Of a DNA stretch of 64,000 nucleotides, positions 25,191-38,659 are shown one piece after another (position 1 is the stretch's first letter; every line of letters starts with the position of its first letter). A program made the position numbers and the translations under genes. This stretch comes from Lama guanicoe. Taxonomy: Eukaryota. The notes under the pieces were generated by a model that had not been told where the DNA came from, did not search any database, and worked only from the letters and a program-made list of their open reading frames with translations. The stretch spans positions 5,518,335 to 5,582,334 of the forward strand of contig MU057342.1 in the NCBI GenBank assembly GCA_013239625.1. Reading direction: 5' to 3'.

Positions 25191-26448
25191 ACATTTTAAG
25201 ATCCTCTCTTTACGGAAATCAATCAAGATGGTGGAATAAGAGGATGTGGAGCTCACCTCCCCCCATGAACACATCAAAAATACATCTACATGTGGAACAA
25301 TTCCCACTGACAATTAACTGGAAAATGGTAGAAGGACTCCTGTACAATTAAGACTATAAGAAAATTACACACGTAATTTGGTAGGAAGGGAAGAAAAGCA
25401 ATCAGGTTAGGACCTGAGCCCCTAGGAGGGGACTGAGAGGAAAAGGGAGAATTCACAGATGGAGACCCACCCTGAGGAGTGAGTGGTGAGAGCCACAGAT
25501 TGGGCACCCCAGTCCTGGAGTCCTATGTGTGGGAGACCCCTTGGCTGCTTGGGACTAACAGGAGGGCTGTGGGAAGCCTGGATTTCACTATGAGGATGTA
25601 GGTGCACTGGCTTGCCACAGGGGCAGGCAGGATGGAAAGATTCTGCTCTAGAGAGGGCTGCCAGTTTTCCCACAACTGCCTGTACAGGTGCTCCAGCCCC
25701 AGCATGAGCCAGTGCTCCAGACCTGCTTACTCCATGTCACAGCATGGCACTGGATCTAGGGCTGCCCCGACCAGGGAGAAAACTCCATTGTGGGACACAG
25801 AGGTGACCTGGTCCAAGGGTAGAGCCTGGGTGGGGCAGTGGTGACCATTGTTGGCACTCCAGCAGTATATCAAAAGAAGCCTAGATCCCTAACAGCAGCC
25901 ACACTACCACAGCTCACCCCTGATACACATCAAGAGTCCACATGGGCCCCACCTGCCCTGTGGTATAGCTTCACAACAGGGTGGAGGTGGTGGAGGCTGG
26001 GGGCAATGGTTGGCTGTGAAGGACAAAGGAGATTTGCACATAGGCTTCATTTGAGTGGAGTGAGGGAAACAATTGTGGGTTCCTGCACAGGCAACTCATC
26101 AGAGGCAGCTTGAACCTCTGTCTGTGGCCAAATGAGCTGAGCGCCCATAGGGGCTCCACTTTCTTCAGCACTCTTCACTCTGGGTCAAATTTCCCCACGT
26201 AGGGAAGTCCCACCTCACACCCGGTTCCTGCTCTACTCCCTGAATCTCTATTCCCACCCCCTACTAAGGCGATAGCTGCCAGCACACCCTGAAGAAAGAT
26301 GTACCTTGCATCCATGTCAAATCTAGCTCTTCTACCAGGCATTGGGCATACGCAGTCTGTATAAGAATGCTCCCACATAATACCCCTTCAAGACTGCAAT
26401 ATGTAACTGTTTCCCCTAAATTCATGAAGGCAGAGAAAACTAAGCAAA

Positions 26449-27320
26449 ATGAAAAGGAAGAGGAATGGCTTTCAAATTAAAGAGTAAAAAAAAAACCCTG
26501 AAAAAAATAATAAAACAGAAATACATAATTAACCAGATAAAGAATTCAAAGCACTGGTAATAAAAATGTTAACTAAATTAGGTAAAAGAATATATGTACA
26601 CAGCGAAAATTTTAATAGGAACTAGAAAATATAAAAAAGACCCAATCAGAAATAAAGAATTCAATAGCTGAAATAAAAAACACACTAGAAGGAATGCATA
26701 GCAGACTAAGAGATACAGAAGAATGCATAAGGTATCTGGAAGACAGAATAAGGGAAATCAACCAATCAGAACAGCAAAAAGAAAAATAAACTAAAAAAAG
26801 AAACAAAACAAAAAAACACTCAAAGGCATCTCTGCGATAACATTAAATGCACCAACATTCACATTATAGAGGTCCCAGAAAGAGAAGAGAGAGAGACAGG
26901 GATTGAAAGTATTTGAGGAAATTATGGCTGAAAGCTTTCTAAACGTGAGACAGAAACAGATATCCAGGTGGAAGAAGTGCACAGAGTCCCAAACAAGATG
27001 AACCCAAACAGACCCACACTAAGACATATGATTTAAATGGTGAAAGTTAAAGGCAGCAAGAGAAAAAGAGAGTCATACACAGGGGAATCTCCATAAGGCT
27101 ATCAGTTGATTTCTCTGCAGAAACTTAGCAGGCCAGAAGGAAGTGGCATGATATATTCAAAGTCTTGAAAGGGAAAAACCTGGAAAGTAGGATACACTAC
27201 CCAGCAAGATTATCATTTAGAATTGGAGGAGAAATAAAGAACTTCTCAGACAAACAAAAATTATGTGAGATAATCAATACTAAACTTATCCTAAAAGAAA
27301 TGTTAAAGGGCCTTCTCTAA
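26449..27320 (+). pseudogene. Degenerate L1 ORF1p
   Basis: ccagataaagaattcaaag (PDKEFK), ataaggctatcagttgatttctctgcagaaac (IRLSVDFSAET), tacccagcaagattatcattt (YPARLSF); many stops and frameshifts. Confidence 0.85.
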
Positions 27321-27805
27321 GTGTAAAAGAAGTTAGAATCTACAGGAAAGGGGAAATCCCACTAGAAAAGGCAAATATATAGTAAGCACTGAGGATCAAT
27401 CACTTATTTAGCCAATGTGAAGATTAAAAGACAAAAAAAATTGTAAAATCAACCATAATTACAATAAACAGTGAAGGGATAAACATGAAGATGTAAAATA
27501 TTACATCAAAAATACAAAATGTGGAGGAAGCAGGTAAAAAATGTAGATCTTTTAGAATGTTTTTGAACTTAAATTACTACCAGTTTAAAACAAGTAGATA
27601 TAGTTATAGATCAAAATATATGAACCCCATGGTAACCACAAATTAAAAACCTGTAATAGATACACAAAAACTAAAAATAAAGGAAAACAAGCATATTACT
27701 AAAGAAAATTATCAAACCACAAGGGAAGAAACAAAGAAAAGGAAAAGGGAGAAAAGAAAAGAAATGAATTACAAAACAAGTTATAACTGGAAAACAAGTT
27801 ATAAA

Positions 27806-28978
27806 ATGGCAATAAGTACATACCTATCAATAATTATTTTAAATATCAATGGACTAAATGCTCCAATCAAAAGACTTAGGATGGCTGACTGAATAAAAAA
27901 GCAAGATCCAGCTATATGCTGCCTATAAGAGACTTACTTTAGAGCTAAAGACAGACACAAAGTGAGGGGATGAAAAAAAGATACATCATGCAAATGGAAA
28001 TGACAAGAAAGTGGGGGTAGCAATACTCATATCAAATAAAATACACTTTGAAAGAAAGACTATAACAAAAGACAAAGAAGGATATTATATAATGATAAAG
28101 GCTATTACACTCTTTAACATATATGCACCCAACTTAGGAGCACCTAAATATATAAAGCATATACTAACAAATATAAAGAGAAAAGCTGACAATAATACAA
28201 TAAAATTAGGGGACTTTAACCACCCCCATCAATGGACAGATCATCCAGACAGAAAACTAATAAGGCAACAGTGGTCTTAAATGACACAATAGACTAGTTG
28301 GACTTAACAGGTATCTACAGGACATTACAACCTACAGCAGCAGACTACATATTCTTTTCAAGTGCACATGAAAAGTTCTCCAAGACGGATCACATACTAG
28401 GCCACAAAACAAGCCCCAACAAATTTAAGAGGATAGAAATTGTATCAAGCACTTTTTCTGACCACAACAGTATGAAACTGCAGATCAACTACAGAAAGGA
28501 AAATGGGAAAAGAACAAATATGTGGAGACTAAACAACATGCTACTAAAATACCAATGAGTCAATGAAGAAATCAAAGAAGAAATCAGAAAATAACTTGAG
28601 ACAAATGAAAATGTAAACACTCCAATATCTATGAGTTACAACAAAGCAGTTCTAAGAGGGAAGTTTATAACAATATAGGCCTTCCTCAAGAAACAAGAAA
28701 AGTCTCAAACAACCTAACTAGTCATCTAAAAGAACTAAAATAAGAACAAACAAAACCCAAAGTCAGCAGAGGGAAGAAAATAATAAAGATCAGAGAGGAA
28801 GTAAATAAAATAGAGACCAAAAAAAGAAAGAAAGAAAAGAAAAGATCAATGAAACCAAGAGATGGATCTTTTGAAAAGATAAAATTTATAAACCTTCACC
28901 TAGGCTCACCAAGAAGAAAAGAGAGAGAACCCAAATAAACAAAATAAGAAACAAAAGAGAAGAAATAACAACTGATTC
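27806..28978 (+). pseudogene. Degenerate L1 ORF2p, APE-like endonuclease domain only
   Basis: ATG at 27806 (MAISTYLSII); ORF track peptides GVAILIS, NIYAPN, LGDFN, FSKTDHILGHK, FSDHNSMKL, WRLNNMLL. Confidence 0.93.
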
Positions 28979-30580
28979 CCCCATCAGCTCTGAATCTGTG
29001 AACTCTACCATATCACAGAGTTTCTTGAAATTCCATAATTGTCCTCCTATTCATCACTGATGACAAAACTCTCCTTTTTGATGCTGCTTTATAGTCACTT
29101 GGGTGTTGACTATGAACTAAGATCTTCATGATCAACTTGGAATAAAATGTCTCTTAGGGGAGAAGAAAGTCCAGAGGAGCCCTCTCCTCATTCACTGAAG
29201 GAAGGAGAGAGCTATTTTATTTCCTATTCTTGCCCACTGGCTGTGAAGATAATCATTGAAAGAAACATGAAATGGGAGACCAGGAGGCATAACAAAGAAG
29301 CAAAGAATACTAACAAATCCTCAAATGGCTCTTGGGCAGGTAAATTGCATGGAGTACTGTCATAATGTCACAGAAAAATTTTCTAAAGATTTGATTAGTA
29401 CTAGGCATTTTAATCCTAAGAACTACATAAAATGGCCCAGATGCTTTGCCCCGTGGGGACTGTAGACCTCTTGTGAGGTCTTTAGCCTAAGCAATGAAAC
29501 ATTTGTAAGATTGACTGAAGGCTGTGGACCCTCAGAGCAGTGAGAGAGGAACTGTGCAGGTCTCCAGTCTCTTCTGGGATCCTGTTTCTTCTACGTTTAG
29601 AGATCAAGAGTGAACCCATTTAACATGGTCCTTCTTAGAGGTCTTATAAAAATGGAAACTGGGCCTAAGGGAGAAAACACAGACTTTTCCTTGACTTATC
29701 TCCATTCCTTTGGCCTTTGTGATGTAGTCGGAGGAAGAGGTGATTTTGCATTTGTGCATTGTCCCAGCTTCCAAATCCCTTCCCTCCCTGGGGTCCCTAA
29801 ATCTGGTTTGGATTGGCAAATCTGGTGAAATGATGACCAAATCAAATCTGAGAACTCTTTCTCAGTGTTAAAGGTTTCCAGTCTTTCGTATTCATAAAAG
29901 CAAACAAGATAAAGTTACACTAAAAATAGGAACAGTAGGGGAAAAGCTCTCCCAGGGTTTACCATAAAAATCAAATTACTCCCAGGACCTCGGTGACTGT
30001 TAACTTGCTGGGTTCCTTGCATCCCACAGAGCCACTAGTCCTAAAGAGTCTTTCTCACAGTCCTTCAGATGTTTTGTTGTCTGTGCTCCCTGAGCATCTG
30101 GGCAGGTACCCTCTGGGTCCACAACATGTGTGGTGCTGACATCTCACAGTTGCTAACAAATGAGATGATACCAAAAAATTGCATTGCGTAGCTCAGCAAA
30201 ATCAAAATCCTTAGATGAACCTCTCTCTGACAATGGGGAGGAAAAGGCCAGTCCCAGCTGTATACTAATGAGGTGATAAAATTTTGTGGGCTACCAGTTA
30301 CTTCTCTGAGCTTCCTGTTTTGTCTGCTTAATTGTTTTAAATTCATGCACACGTGTCAAGAGCAACAAAGGAGCTATGATTTCTTTACTCATTCTGTCTT
30401 TTTTTTTTTTCTTTCCTCTCTTCTCTTAGAAGACTCTTCTCATGGGCAGGCCTAGGATTCCTCTTACCAAGAAGTCCAAAAACCAGGAATGAGAGAGGCT
30501 GTAGACAGCAGGTCAGTTGTGTTTCCTTCCTATTTCCATCTCCTATCAGTGAGAAAATGTCCAAAGGCCATAAAACCCAC

Positions 30581-30775
30581 TGTGGCAGAGGCTGCTGGGG
30601 AATAAGCCAAACCTGTCTCCTCTTGCTCCTGGGCTTACACAGCCAACTGCATTTCCAGCTTTCAGTGCAGTTGGGTGGCTATGCAACTGGGCTTGGGACA
30701 GTGAGACATGAATGGCAATGAGGTGCACCATCTTCCATGTGAAGTTCTCTGTGTTCATCGCTCCATCAGCTGGTT
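30581..30775. mobile_element. MaLR LTR fragment (MLT1I/J-like)
   Basis: tgtggcagaggctgctg...cctgggcttacacagccaactgcatttccagct...gcagttgggtggctatgcaactgg. Confidence 0.7.
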
Positions 30776-32466
30776 AGGTGGAAATAACTTATAGGATGAC
30801 TTTGGGAGCTGCCTAATGAAAATGCTGAGCCACAAGATAGAAATAGTCTGGGTCTCTAAATTGACATATGCAAGGAGACTTCCAATCAAGAACAATCTCA
30901 CTGGGCTGTGAACATTCTCACTATGAGTGAGAAATTTGTTAAATCTCTGAGATTTCTGGATTCTACTGATATAGCAGTTAGTATTGCTTTGAAACATACA
31001 GACATTGATTTGGGGCTTTCTGAAAGAAGGAGATAAGGAAATAAGGCCTAGGAACAGCCTATAGGAGCTGGAGAATGTGCTTATGATGGATAAAGGAGGG
31101 AAAAAAGAACCAAAGGTTCTCCATAATCTTCAATGTAGATTAACGTCTAGAGTAGAAGAATACTATCTAGTGTGGCTCAGTCAGAGCCCACCATATATTC
31201 ACCAAACTAAATCCCTGTAGCTTGGAAATACTGACACTTTTCAGGCAGTCAGGAGCCAACGATACTTGTGGGTGTTCACCTGGGAAATGTCAGAACTTGA
31301 GACTGTAAAATTCTTAGGAAAGCTTATAATTGGCACAGACTGCAATGTGGAATATGTAATTAGGTCTATCCCGGAATTACAACTTTTACCCATGCAAAGC
31401 TGGAGATGAGAGAAAGTATTTATACGCCGGGAATTTTAATTACAGAGTAGGAGGAAGAAAAATATATAGAGAAAAAGGATGTTGCAGTATGTGGGCTGTA
31501 ATATTCTTAGAAAAGTAGGAAGAAAGTTATGCTTTCACAGAAACTTTCAATAGGTTCCTGACTTGGAAGGGAGGAGACAATGGGTATGAAAGAAGTGGGG
31601 ACTTGAATGACCCTAACATTATTATTGTAGAACATTCCTCAAGTCTTTCCTGAATAAAACTGGATCCTCTAATAGGTATATTACTTTGCAGTCCTAAGGT
31701 GGGGTTGAATGGCAAGAATGTTTTTCCAGAGGCTACTGTGCTCCTGGTAGTCACCATATGTGTGGTGGTACCTGTCTGGGTACCACCACACATGAACCTC
31801 ACTGCTCCTGGCCTTAGATATGGAAAACTGAAAGACAGGCACAAAGGAAAATATTTCAACTTTCAAATATTAGGAAAACAATCCTTTATTTAAAAAACAC
31901 TGTGACTTTCAGTTAAATTAGTAAAATTAGAGGCATATAAGAAATGTATGTATGTATGAATATTATTACTTTAATTTAATTTTAAATTTATGTATATTTA
32001 ATTTGTATGCTATTTTTTAAATTGAAAAATTCAAATAGCTAGGCACAAAACTCTATTCTCAACCAAAATTTCTTAAATGGTTCTAGACAAAAGATGTAAA
32101 TTGACTCAATTTTTTCATCGTTTGGGAGTTCTGGACTCTGGAAAAGAGGCTCTTCTGGTCCTGATGAGACCATAGGTAAAATAAGTTTATTTAGTGTCTT
32201 TTTCTTTCCACTGTGTAAATTGTCTTTAATTAGCTCACTTCACTTTAGCTATGTCACCCTCTGAAGCCAGGGAACTAGCTGTGATGTGGATCTCTGCCTT
32301 TTTTCTTTTTCTTACTATGAACTGTATAACTTCTATTCTCTTTGTTGACAGTAAAACAGTCAATGGAATACATTGCAGACACAATTCATGTGGTTTCAAC
32401 TATGCATGCTTCGCATGAATTTAATATTTAACACCTAACTGAATACTGTTTGTTTCTGAAATGTTT

Positions 32467-32470
<4 letters not shown>

Positions 32471-32503
<33 letters not shown>
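32471..32503. repeat. (TG)16 microsatellite
   Basis: perfect repeat. Confidence 0.98.
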
Positions 32504-32505
<2 letters not shown>

Positions 32506-33081
32506 CTGGCACTTGAATAATATGCACATTTCCTGCATGTCCTGCATCCTGTCACAACCTGTGAACAGTTAGGGTACCATATTGAAAATGCTCTAACCAT
32601 CTATCTTGAGTTGAGTGTATTCTACAACACGTATTATTTACTCTTCTGTGGCTTCTCTCTCTGTGGATAGGTTTGACTGATGATGGCTAACAAAATAAGT
32701 GCATGTGAGAATACCTGACTTAAAGAAACAAAAAAAGAGTATTGCCCCACATATCAAAATATTGAGTGTTCTGGCAAATCTAAGTATTGTTGGTGAAATG
32801 ATGGAGAAAACTACAGGCCAATATTAGTAAGGAATTAAAGATCGAATTCTTTCGATGTTATGAAGGATGTCATACATTCATGCTCAGCCTGGGAAAATAG
32901 ACCAATAATAGAATGAAGTGAAGCCGGTAGAAACTATAGCCAGAGACAGGTGACTGCTTTGGGACTGGAGAAAACGGAAGTGTGGCTGCAAATGTACCAA
33001 TACTGTATGATGGCTACGCAGGGAAGTGGTTAGAACAGAAGGACCCTCCCATCAGTCCACAAAACAAGGTCCACCCTAAAG

Positions 33082-33247
33082 CAATGGTTCTCAAATGGTT
33101 CACTGGACCAGCAGCAGCATCACTAGGAATGCAAATTCTCAGGCTCACCTCAAACCTACTGAAGCAGAACTCTGGAGATGGGTCCATCAGTCTGTCCTTC
33201 AACCAGCTTCTTGTGATTCTGATCATGGCAGGAAGCTGAGAGCCACC
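33082..33247 (+). mobile_element. MER5A hAT-Charlie MITE
   Basis: caatggttctcaaa...ggaccagcagcagcatcac...aatgcaaattctcaggctcacctcaaacctactgaagcagaactctggagatggg. Confidence 0.9.
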
Positions 33248-34997
33248 ATGCTACTGTGGATGCGGAGTGGGAAGCACTACTCTGCTCTTCTTGCAGATGA
33301 CTTCAGTCTTCCTGTCACCTTGTGGCATCAGCCTCTTTTTACACTTTGTGTCATTCTAGAGTTTATGCACACACATTTTTCATGTCAACTGTCCCTAAAT
33401 AATAACTCAAGTGAAGACACAGTAATCTATTTCAAGGCCAGAAAAAAACCTAGCTGAGTTGACTTTACTGAGACCCAGTCTGTCCATCTCCAATGGCACA
33501 GCAGATTCTGCTCCACTAGTCCCCACCACTCCACCTCACTGTTTTGGCTTCTAATCAAGAAAGACTGCCTTGGTATTGCAGCACACACTTCACCCCTTCC
33601 CAGAGATTCATTTCATGTTCCACAAACCTGCCACATTCAGTGAAAACTCCAGCTAGACAATCTGCAACACAGAAGACTTTTGAAGGGGATAAATATTCTT
33701 TTTCTATTTTTCTGAGTGCTTTAAACACGACTGAGTTTCTCTCAGCAGTTTCCCTTCTATACTTGGGATGACAATCCTGCACCATACTTTACATTATTAA
33801 GAGGCTTTTGGTCTGGTTATGAGCCTAGAGATCCCAGGTCTAAGAGATGCAGGTCTTAGATTCCTATTCAAGTACAAAGGTAACATGGAGAAAACATTTT
33901 CTCTAGGCCCCCATGGAAGTAAATGGGCAAGCCGTTGCTCAGGAAAGTGAAAGAGAACTTGGTTATTTTGTTTCCATGAAGTTAAGGAGGACTTGACTAG
34001 ACATTGCTTTTTATGGGAGCCAAGCTACCCTACATGAGCCCCAACCAAACACATGGTGGTGCCAGCTGCTTTGCTGGGTGTAACCTGGTGACACTGATAG
34101 GAATGAGAGGGTTGGAAATTGAGGAGGAAGGAGTGAGAGAGCTATAGCTTATACAGCGTCCAGCATTACAGCCTGTCTGGCCCCTGACGTCACTCACAGA
34201 TTTTACACTTTGTACCTGCCACGAGAGGTTTCACAGATGATGGCTCTCAGGGAGCTGGAGAAGGCCACCTGCACAAAGGTCTCTGGCTATCTCCTTCTTT
34301 ATGTCTGCTACCCAACAAGAAACTGATAGCAAGAAAAGATTTATAATTTGGCAGGCAAAAGATAAATGATTTCAGTCTCTGGATGCTTTAAGAGCAAATT
34401 TTTGTACATCATATGGTTAAAATTGATCACTCCATTGACTTTTGTATGGGATGGGCCCAAACTAATGATATTAGGTAATCAATGAGAAAAGGCTGTGCAT
34501 GAAGAATTAAAAACCACAATAATGGGTTGTTGGGACAAAGTCTCCTCACATAAGAAAGAAGTGAGGTCTGGTCACGTTCCAAGAAGGCTGGACCCAGAGC
34601 CACCTCCCCTGGCCCTGGCACTCTGAGCAGATGCTATCACAGACCAGTCAGAGAAGCATGGCTCACGAAATAAGCCCTCTGACAGTTGTATTTCTTTTTA
34701 TGGAGATTCTGATTTCTCTGTGTTGGTGTTTCTTGCCTCTACAACTTGCTTTTTACTCCTAAGAAATAGATCCCAGGGTGCTGCTGTCTGGCTATTAGCT
34801 CTTCCTGTTTAAGTGGGTGTGAGAGGACCAGACCTTGGTTGTAACCCCCTCAGGGGGACAGAGCGTTCCTCACACTCTTTTCCTGACTCCTAACATATGC
34901 TTGGGCCACTAGCCTCCCTGCATAACTGCTGCACATTCAGGGCATCTGGACCTATGAGACCTACCCCCTACCCCTGACTTCTCAGCCAACATGTGGA

Positions 34998-35100
34998 GAA
35001 TAATACAAGGGCATTAAATTAGACCTCATTACCTAGCCAGTTGGGCCGTCCGGCTCTCCCGCACGTAATAATGAGGTCTGATTTATTGTGATCATTATTC
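34998..35100. repeat. Inverted repeat / long hairpin
   Basis: taaattagacctcatta (35015-35031) pairs with taatgaggtctgattta (35069-35085); outer gaataat/attattc and acaa/ttgt. Confidence 0.85.
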
Positions 35101-35519
35101 AGGCATTACAGGTCACTAAATAACATGCTCTGCCCACACATGTCTTCTGAGCCAATAAATATCCTGAGAGGAAACATTCTTGAGGGCGTGAGTCTTGGAT
35201 TTAGATTGGTAACTGCAGGCTCATTAATTGTGTGAAGGTCCTTTGCCTATTGCTCACAAACTCTTGTTAACAGAGATGGGAAAAGTCTAATGAATAACCT
35301 GGGGGGATGTGAGTGAGAGTCAAAGGAGGGACTGTCCACTGGATTCTTTGACCTATGGGGCACAGACCAAGGAGGTGGTGGTGGGTGGGACAGAGCTGAG
35401 GCCGATCCCAGATGAGTTAGCCATGACGCCGACCCCACAGCACAGCACCAAGATGCCAGGCCTTCCACCTTCCTCTGCGTATTCCTGACAGACCCCCAGG
35501 GAGTTCCCAGCCATGTCAC

Positions 35520-35856
35520 TCTCCCTCATTTCTGGGCCTTTGTACCTGCTGCTCCTCTCTGTCTAGAATGCCATACCTCATTCCCATCTCCCTTTTACCT
35601 GATATTGTCATGTTTGGAGACTCATCTTAGGTGTCTCCTCCCCCCGACATCATTCCACAACCCTGTAGCGCCAAGCATCTACTCTTATACTGTGTATCAC
35701 GCTGTACACTTTTCACTGAATTGCCTGTATTCTCCGCTAGACGGTAAGCTTCTCAAGGGCCCGGTCTGCATCTCACTGATGGCTCTATTCCTGACACCTA
35801 GAGCAGCACCTGGTACATGGCAGATGTTGACTAGCTGCTTGGTAAATAAACAATTA
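35520..35856 (+). mobile_element. L2 3' end
   Basis: gggcctttgtacctgctgctcctctctgtctagaatgcc...ctagacggtaagcttctcaagggc...acctagagcagcacctggtacatggcagatg. Confidence 0.85.
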
Positions 35857-36014
35857 ATGCCTGTGCTCAAGAGAAGAAGGAATACCATAAATGTGGTGGT
35901 GGTCGTCGTAGAGGGTGGTGAGTTTTTCACCCTGGAAGTCTCCACCAGGGAGGAGAGGTCCCCAGCCACCCTGGACACCATGTCCCGGAGCCTCTCACTA
36001 TCTGGATATGCATC

Positions 36015-36118
36015 AAATTAGGAACTTCTTAAAGGCAGGAAATAGGACTTGGTTAATCGTGTATCCCTCAGTCTTGCCTGGGTCTTGGCACATAGTAGGT
36101 GTTCATTAAATGTTGGAT
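36015..36118 (+). mobile_element. L2 3' terminal fragment
   Basis: ttcttaaaggcagga...gtatccctcagt...ttggcacatagtaggtgttcattaaatgttgga. Confidence 0.75.
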
Positions 36119-36738
36119 TAAGCTGTTGGCACTTGTGGCCAGGCCTTCCTATTCACCAGACGCTGGGGCCCTGAGGTCACTTCCTAGAGTGTGTGGGAGA
36201 ATGTGTTTCGTGGCGGAGGAGACCAAGGCTACTTTTTGGCCCTATCCCGAATTAGAGTTTGCCAGTGGGTAGGGGCAGAATGAGGCTCTGGCAGGGTTAA
36301 GTGTTCTTTGTAAGTCTAGCTAAAGCAGGTTCACACTGTGACACCTGGGCATATGCTTTTCCTTGCAGTCATAATCTCAAATCATAGAATACTGAGTTTC
36401 AACTTTAGACATAATAGAATCACAAGAAAATGACAGCATCAATGGATTGTCACGAGTCCTATATGGATAATGCCCATATTTATCTTTTTAAATTGCAGTA
36501 TATTTTTAAAGGTCTATTTGCCTCCAGGAAGACACTGGGGATTGAGAAAACAGGATTAAAAATAATCTTTTTTTCCTAACTCACAATGCACAATATGTAA
36601 CTGGTAAATACTAAGTAAATCTGACCATATATCTACATTATTTATGGGAATAATTTAGGATTATTTGCTTTATAGGAAATTGGTTGGAATGCTTTAAAAA
36701 TTACTGAAATTAAATGAAATCAAGCTCCTTGAATTATC

Positions 36739-36910
36739 NNNNNNNNNNNNNNNNNNNNNNNNNNNNNNNNNNNNNNNNNNNNNNNNNNNNNNNNNNNNNN
36801 NNNNNNNNNNNNNNNNNNNNNNNNNNNNNNNNNNNNNNNNNNNNNNNNNNNNNNNNNNNNNNNNNNNNNNNNNNNNNNNNNNNNNNNNNNNNNNNNNNNN
36901 NNNNNNNNNN
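36739..36910. other. Assembly gap (172 N)
   Basis: run of N. Confidence 1.
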
Positions 36911-37914
36911 GAGAGACCCACTGAGACCCACGTTTACACACAACTACATGTCCAAGTGATAGCCTGGTTCCTCTGCTTTCTTTGGATGGCGGGTTATGTG
37001 CGATTGAGGAATATTCTTAACTTATTTTTAAAATCCTCTGAGCATTATTTTCAAGAGAGTAGTGTATTTATTTAAAGTGGAAAGCTTTTATTGATTCAAT
37101 AACAAAGACCAGTAGTAAATGAGATGACTTATTCCTGAACCGTATTATTACAGATACTTTCATGCTGGCCAAGAGGTGAGCTCTATATAATGGGACCATG
37201 AGAGACTTTTTATTTTGCGTGTGTGTGTGTCCAGCCTGGGCTTCAGGCACTCTTGCAGTTCATGCTGCTTTTTGCTGCTTTCTGGGAGAAAAAGCAGGGA
37301 AGGGTGTGGGGCCTTAGGCTTGAAAACTTATCCCATTTCTCATGAGCCCTGCTCCTGCCCCTTCTGAGTCAAGGAATCTCCCTGAGTCTCCATTTATTGA
37401 AGCACTTTCTCATGAACCTTTGCCATCACCTCTGCAGCTCAAAGGAATTTCCCTCCCTGCTTAAAATGTGTTGGGCCCACATCTCAGCCCAGGAGATATG
37501 CTGGAGCCCCTCTGTGATGCCTGTTCCCAGAGAGTCACCTACAGTGAGAAACGGATGGAAGACGTGATTCCCAAGGCTCCGAACCAGTCTCTAAGTTGGA
37601 CAATGCAGTGATTGGATGGGAATGTTCCACAAAAGATGGTCCTGGCTGAGAGAGCTGAGCTTAAAGGAGAAGGAATGTGTTCTATTTACGGAGCATGGTT
37701 TAAAATATTGAACACTGAGGGCAGGAGGTAGTTATGACTTCTTTAACTGATCAGGACAATAGGAAATTCTCTGTCTCTCTGAGAGAATGGAAATTGCCCA
37801 GTGGCTCTGTTGATTGTGGGTGACTTGCAGAACCAGCTCTGTCACCAGGAAGCTCTGTTGGAAGTGATGCGGCAGAGATGACTTGGGGCCAGTTAGTCCT
37901 GGACTAGGTGACAG

Positions 37915-38140
37915 TAACGACCAGGGCAGCCTGTTGTGCTCCAGATGCTATTGTAAGCACTTTGCATCTATCCTTTCATTCACTCCTTAAATCAACCACA
38001 ATTGTACGAGGTGGGCGTTACTATTCCACATGTGAACACTTGGTGAGACTGTGACTTGCCCAAGGTCATCCAGCTGGAGAGGTGGAGTTGGGACTGAAAT
38101 CCAGGTTGTTTATCTTCAATGTCAGGTGCTCAAACTACTA
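37915..38140 (-). mobile_element. MIR SINE
   Basis: gtgacttgcccaaggtcatccagctggagaggtggagttgggactgaaatccagg. Confidence 0.8.
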
Positions 38141-38659
38141 ACTGCATCACTTGCCAGAAAGACACAAGAAAGGGTTGTGAATGTACAGCATAACCTCTGA
38201 ATCAGTTGCTTTCCAGGGGAAATATTTTACTTTGTTCTGTTTCTTTTTTACTGTCATAACTGGTCCCAGTTTTATAGCACAGTGTTTGGAAACTATTGCA
38301 AATAGGGAGCCAGTTATTACTAAAAAGCAGTGCATGCTTCTGGCCACTTCTACTGAGACTCTAATTGCCCTTCGAAATGCCTGTGATAGGTAAACCCTCA
38401 CACTGAGAACAGAGCTTTAAGAGCAGATCTGAGCTGGGATGTGTTTGCCCAGGGCCTAGGGACACCTTTGCCCATAAGAATTGGAATATGACAGGGCAGA
38501 CACTTGGTTATTTAGTCCATTATAATGTCTCCTCAAAGATAATGAACTCTGTTAAACAACAATAAACAAACAGCCTCTGAATCAATAATAATGAGAAACT
38601 CAGGATACCACATAGTTAAAAGAACAGTGGAAGATTCAGAGTTAATCCTTTTGCAATGA

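Larger units (their letters stand above)
25214..28978 (+). mobile_element. LINE-1 with 5'UTR, ORF1 and ORF2 endonuclease region; 3' part absent
   Basis: L1 5' start tcaagatggtggaataagaggatgtggagctcacc..., degenerate ORF1 and ORF2; homology stops abruptly at agaaataacaactgattccc with no RT, 3'UTR or polyA. Confidence 0.93.
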
